This document shows, piece by piece, positions 62,650 to 64,000 of a DNA stretch of 64,000 bases (the stretch's first letter is position 1; every line of letters starts with the position of its first letter). The position numbers were made by a program, and so were the translations under genes. Source of the DNA: Planctomycetota bacterium (GTDB lineage: Bacteria; Planctomycetota; UBA1135; UBA2386); NCBI GenBank assembly GCA_016794485.1, contig JAEUHV010000081.1, forward strand, positions 3,133 to 67,132, read 5' to 3'. The notes beneath the pieces were generated by a model, which saw only the letters and a program-made list of their open reading frames with translations, was not told where the DNA came from and made no database searches.

Positions 62650-63755
62650 CCGTGATCCGCCGCCGCCTGACCACCCTCGACGTAGCGAAGCCGACCCGAG
62701 GCCGCGTGCAGGTCCGCCGCGACCAGGTGGACGTAGCGCTGGGTGGTGGCGTAGCTGCTGTGGCGCAGCATCGCCTGCACGGTGCCGGCCGGCACGCCGG
62801 CCCGGATCAGGTTCGTGGCCAGGCTGTGGCGCAAGGCGTGCGGGTGGAATCGGCGATCGCCGAAGCGCTTCGCCCAGCGGCGGAACACGCGATCGATCGC
62901 CTGCACGCGCCGCTTCTCGGACTCGCCGGCGACGATGAAGCCGCCGCGCGCGCGCTCGACCAGGCGCTGCGCGACGGCCAGGATCGGCGCGGTGATCGGC
63001 GCGGGCACGTCGTCCGTCTTGCCGCGCACCAGAAACACGCTGCGGCCCAGGTCGAAGTCGGCCGCGTGCAGCCGCGCCAGCTCGGCCCGGCGCAGGCCGG
63101 AGTAGGCCAGGAAGATGACCAGGTCGAAGTCGTCGGGCGCGACCGTGCGCAGGTGCTCGAGGCGCGCGGCCAGCTCGGCCTCGCCGAGCACGTCGGGCGA
63201 GGCCTGGCGTGGTTCGGGCCAGCTGGCGAGCGGCACCGGATTCTCGCCGCGGAACCACTGCCGCTGCGGCATCGAGCACCAGCGCACCAGGCGGTTGAGC
63301 CAGCGGCGGTAGTGCTGGATCGTGCGCGCCGCGAAGCCGCCGCGCTGCGCGAGAGCGACGAGCTGCTGCAGCACGCCGGGCGTCAGGCGAGCCAGCGGCA
63401 GGTCGCCGTCGATGATCCGGAACACGGCCTTCGCCTGGGCCTTGTAGAACTGGACCGTGCCGTCGCGCCGCAGGCCGACCAGCTCGCAATGCATCGCCTC
63501 GGCGGCCTCGCGCAGCGTCTTCGTCACGAACGGCGTCGCGGCGTCGCCGGCGCGCAGCTCGATCGCGTCGCGGTGCGCGGCCAGCGGCTCGTCGCGCCAG
63601 GGGCCGTAGCAACGGCGCCGGCCGATCATGGCCCAGGCGCGGTAGGCGGTGACGCGCCGCTGGTCGGTCGGCAGCTCGCGATCGCGGGGATCGTGCCGCA
63701 CCTGCACGAACGGAGGAAGACGCCTGCCGCGTCCCGTGCCGCGTCTGTTCGCCAT
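62646..63755 (-). CDS. int: tyrosine integrase
   Basis: ATG 63755 (MANRRGTGRGRRLPPF...). Catalytic contexts ..RRAELARL.., HALRHSLAT, LRHSSYATTQRYVH. Adjacent to the tRNA. Confidence 0.9.
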   Translation of the reverse strand: MANRRGTGRGRRLPPFVQVRHDPRDRELPTDQRRVTAYRAWAMIGRRRCYGPWRDEPLAAHRDAIELRAGDAATPFVTKTLREAAEAMHCELVGLRRDGTVQFYKAQAKAVFRIIDGDLPLARLTPGVLQQLVALAQRGGFAARTIQHYRRWLNRLVRWCSMPQRQWFRGENPVPLASWPEPRQASPDVLGEAELAARLEHLRTVAPDDFDLVIFLAYSGLRRAELARLHAADFDLGRSVFLVRGKTDDVPAPITAPILAVAQRLVERARGGFIVAGESEKRRVQAIDRVFRRWAKRFGDRRFHPHALRHSLATNLIRAGVPAGTVQAMLRHSSYATTQRYVHLVAADLHAASGRLRYVEGGQAAADHG

Positions 63756-63772
63756 GTTTCGCACCCTACCAT

Positions 63773-63798
63773 GTGGCCGAACTTGTGGCCACGTGGGC
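63773..63798 (+). repeat. putative integrase arm-type sites (right arm)
   Basis: GTGGCC (63773), GTGGCC (63785), GTGGGC (63793). Same orientation as the left-arm copies. Confidence 0.4.
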
Positions 63799-63806
63799 AA
63801 CAACTG

Positions 63807-63836
63807 TTGACACCATGCACGACGTAACCCTAGGCT
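63807..63836 (+). promoter_or_regulatory. putative phage-borne promoter for the reconstituted tRNA-Leu
   Basis: TTGACA (63807-63812), 18 nt, TAGGCT (63831-63836). The tRNA 5' end is at 63850. Confidence 0.35.
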
Positions 63837-63849
63837 GCACCAAGCCCTC

Positions 63850-63936
63850 GCCGGAGTGGCGGAATCGGCAGACGCACAGGTTTCAAAAACCTGCGCCCTC
63901 ACGGGCGTGCGGGTTCAAGTCCCGCCTCCGGCACCA
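63850..63936 (+). tRNA. tRNA-Leu (anticodon CAA), class II with long variable arm, CCA encoded
   Basis: Manual fold. Acceptor GCCGGAG/CTCCGGC. D arm GTGGCGGAATCGGCAGACGC. Anticodon stem CAGGT/ACCTG with loop TTCAAAA. Variable arm CGCCCTCACGGGCGTG. T arm GCGGG-TTCAAGT-CCCGC. Discriminator A plus CCA. Confidence 0.9.
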
Positions 63937-64000
63937 ACTTGCGGCAGCACGAGTTACGACGAAAACTCGCTGCGCGCCGCGACCCTTGCGACACCGCCAC

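Larger units (their letters stand above)
23534..63888. mobile_element. integrated temperate siphovirus-type prophage (~40.4 kb), lambda-like morphogenesis module
   Basis: Bounded by the 39-bp direct repeat. A tyrosine integrase sits next to the intact tRNA. Full set of packaging, head, tail and lysogeny genes, almost all on one strand with 1- or 4-nt overlaps. Confidence 0.9.

Noticed and set aside
62646-63902. Integrase ORF extended to 63902 as given in the track (418 aa).
   Set aside because: The extension runs through the tRNA gene and its promoter on the opposite strand. ATG 63755 gives a normal 369-aa integrase (370 codons with stop) and leaves the arm-type repeats upstream.

Overview
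Very GC-rich bacterial chromosome segment with no rRNA and no CRISPR. All functional calls come from reading motifs by eye. No database search, alignment or folding program was run. Bases 1-23,500 look like ordinary chromosomal genes: secreted LamG-like and beta-rich proteins; an ECF sigma factor fused to a transmembrane helix and a large extracytoplasmic domain; an FAD-oxidoreductase / TPR-DUF2325-like / acidic-protein cluster; cvpA; a TPP riboswitch plus thiC; an HtrA protease; a ChpT-like phosphotransferase; phoB-phoR; an M32 carboxypeptidase; a GH2-like glycosidase; and an Nfu-type Fe-S protein. Bases 23,534-63,888 (about 40.4 kb) are one apparently complete temperate siphovirus-type prophage. 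Its morphogenesis genes follow lambda order: Nu1-like TerS, GpA-type TerL, W, portal, protease/scaffold/capsid, tube, G/GT frameshift chaperone, tape measure, M, L, K, I-J, fibers. It also has a lysogeny module (XRE repressor, Xis-like HTH, tyrosine integrase) and an early module rich in ParB-like, methyltransferase, J-domain and zinc-ribbon proteins. Most noteworthy: (1) the prophage sits on the 5' side of tRNA-Leu(CAA), duplicates the 5' half of the tRNA, and appears to supply a replacement promoter, while the orphaned host tRNA promoter points into the prophage. (2) A 1055-aa ORF in the gpW slot combines sialate-O-acetylesterase-like (SASA/SGNH) motifs with a 67-aa gpW-like C-terminus that has its own in-frame ATG. 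(3) A small ORF in the lysogeny module carries a near-identical copy of the C-terminus of the tape measure protein. (4) A signal-peptide-bearing 620-aa protein is inserted between the early and packaging modules. (5) Several small lambda proteins (W, M, V, C/Nu3/E, I/J) are enlarged or fused here. Many long antisense ORFs in the track are high-GC artefacts and were ignored.
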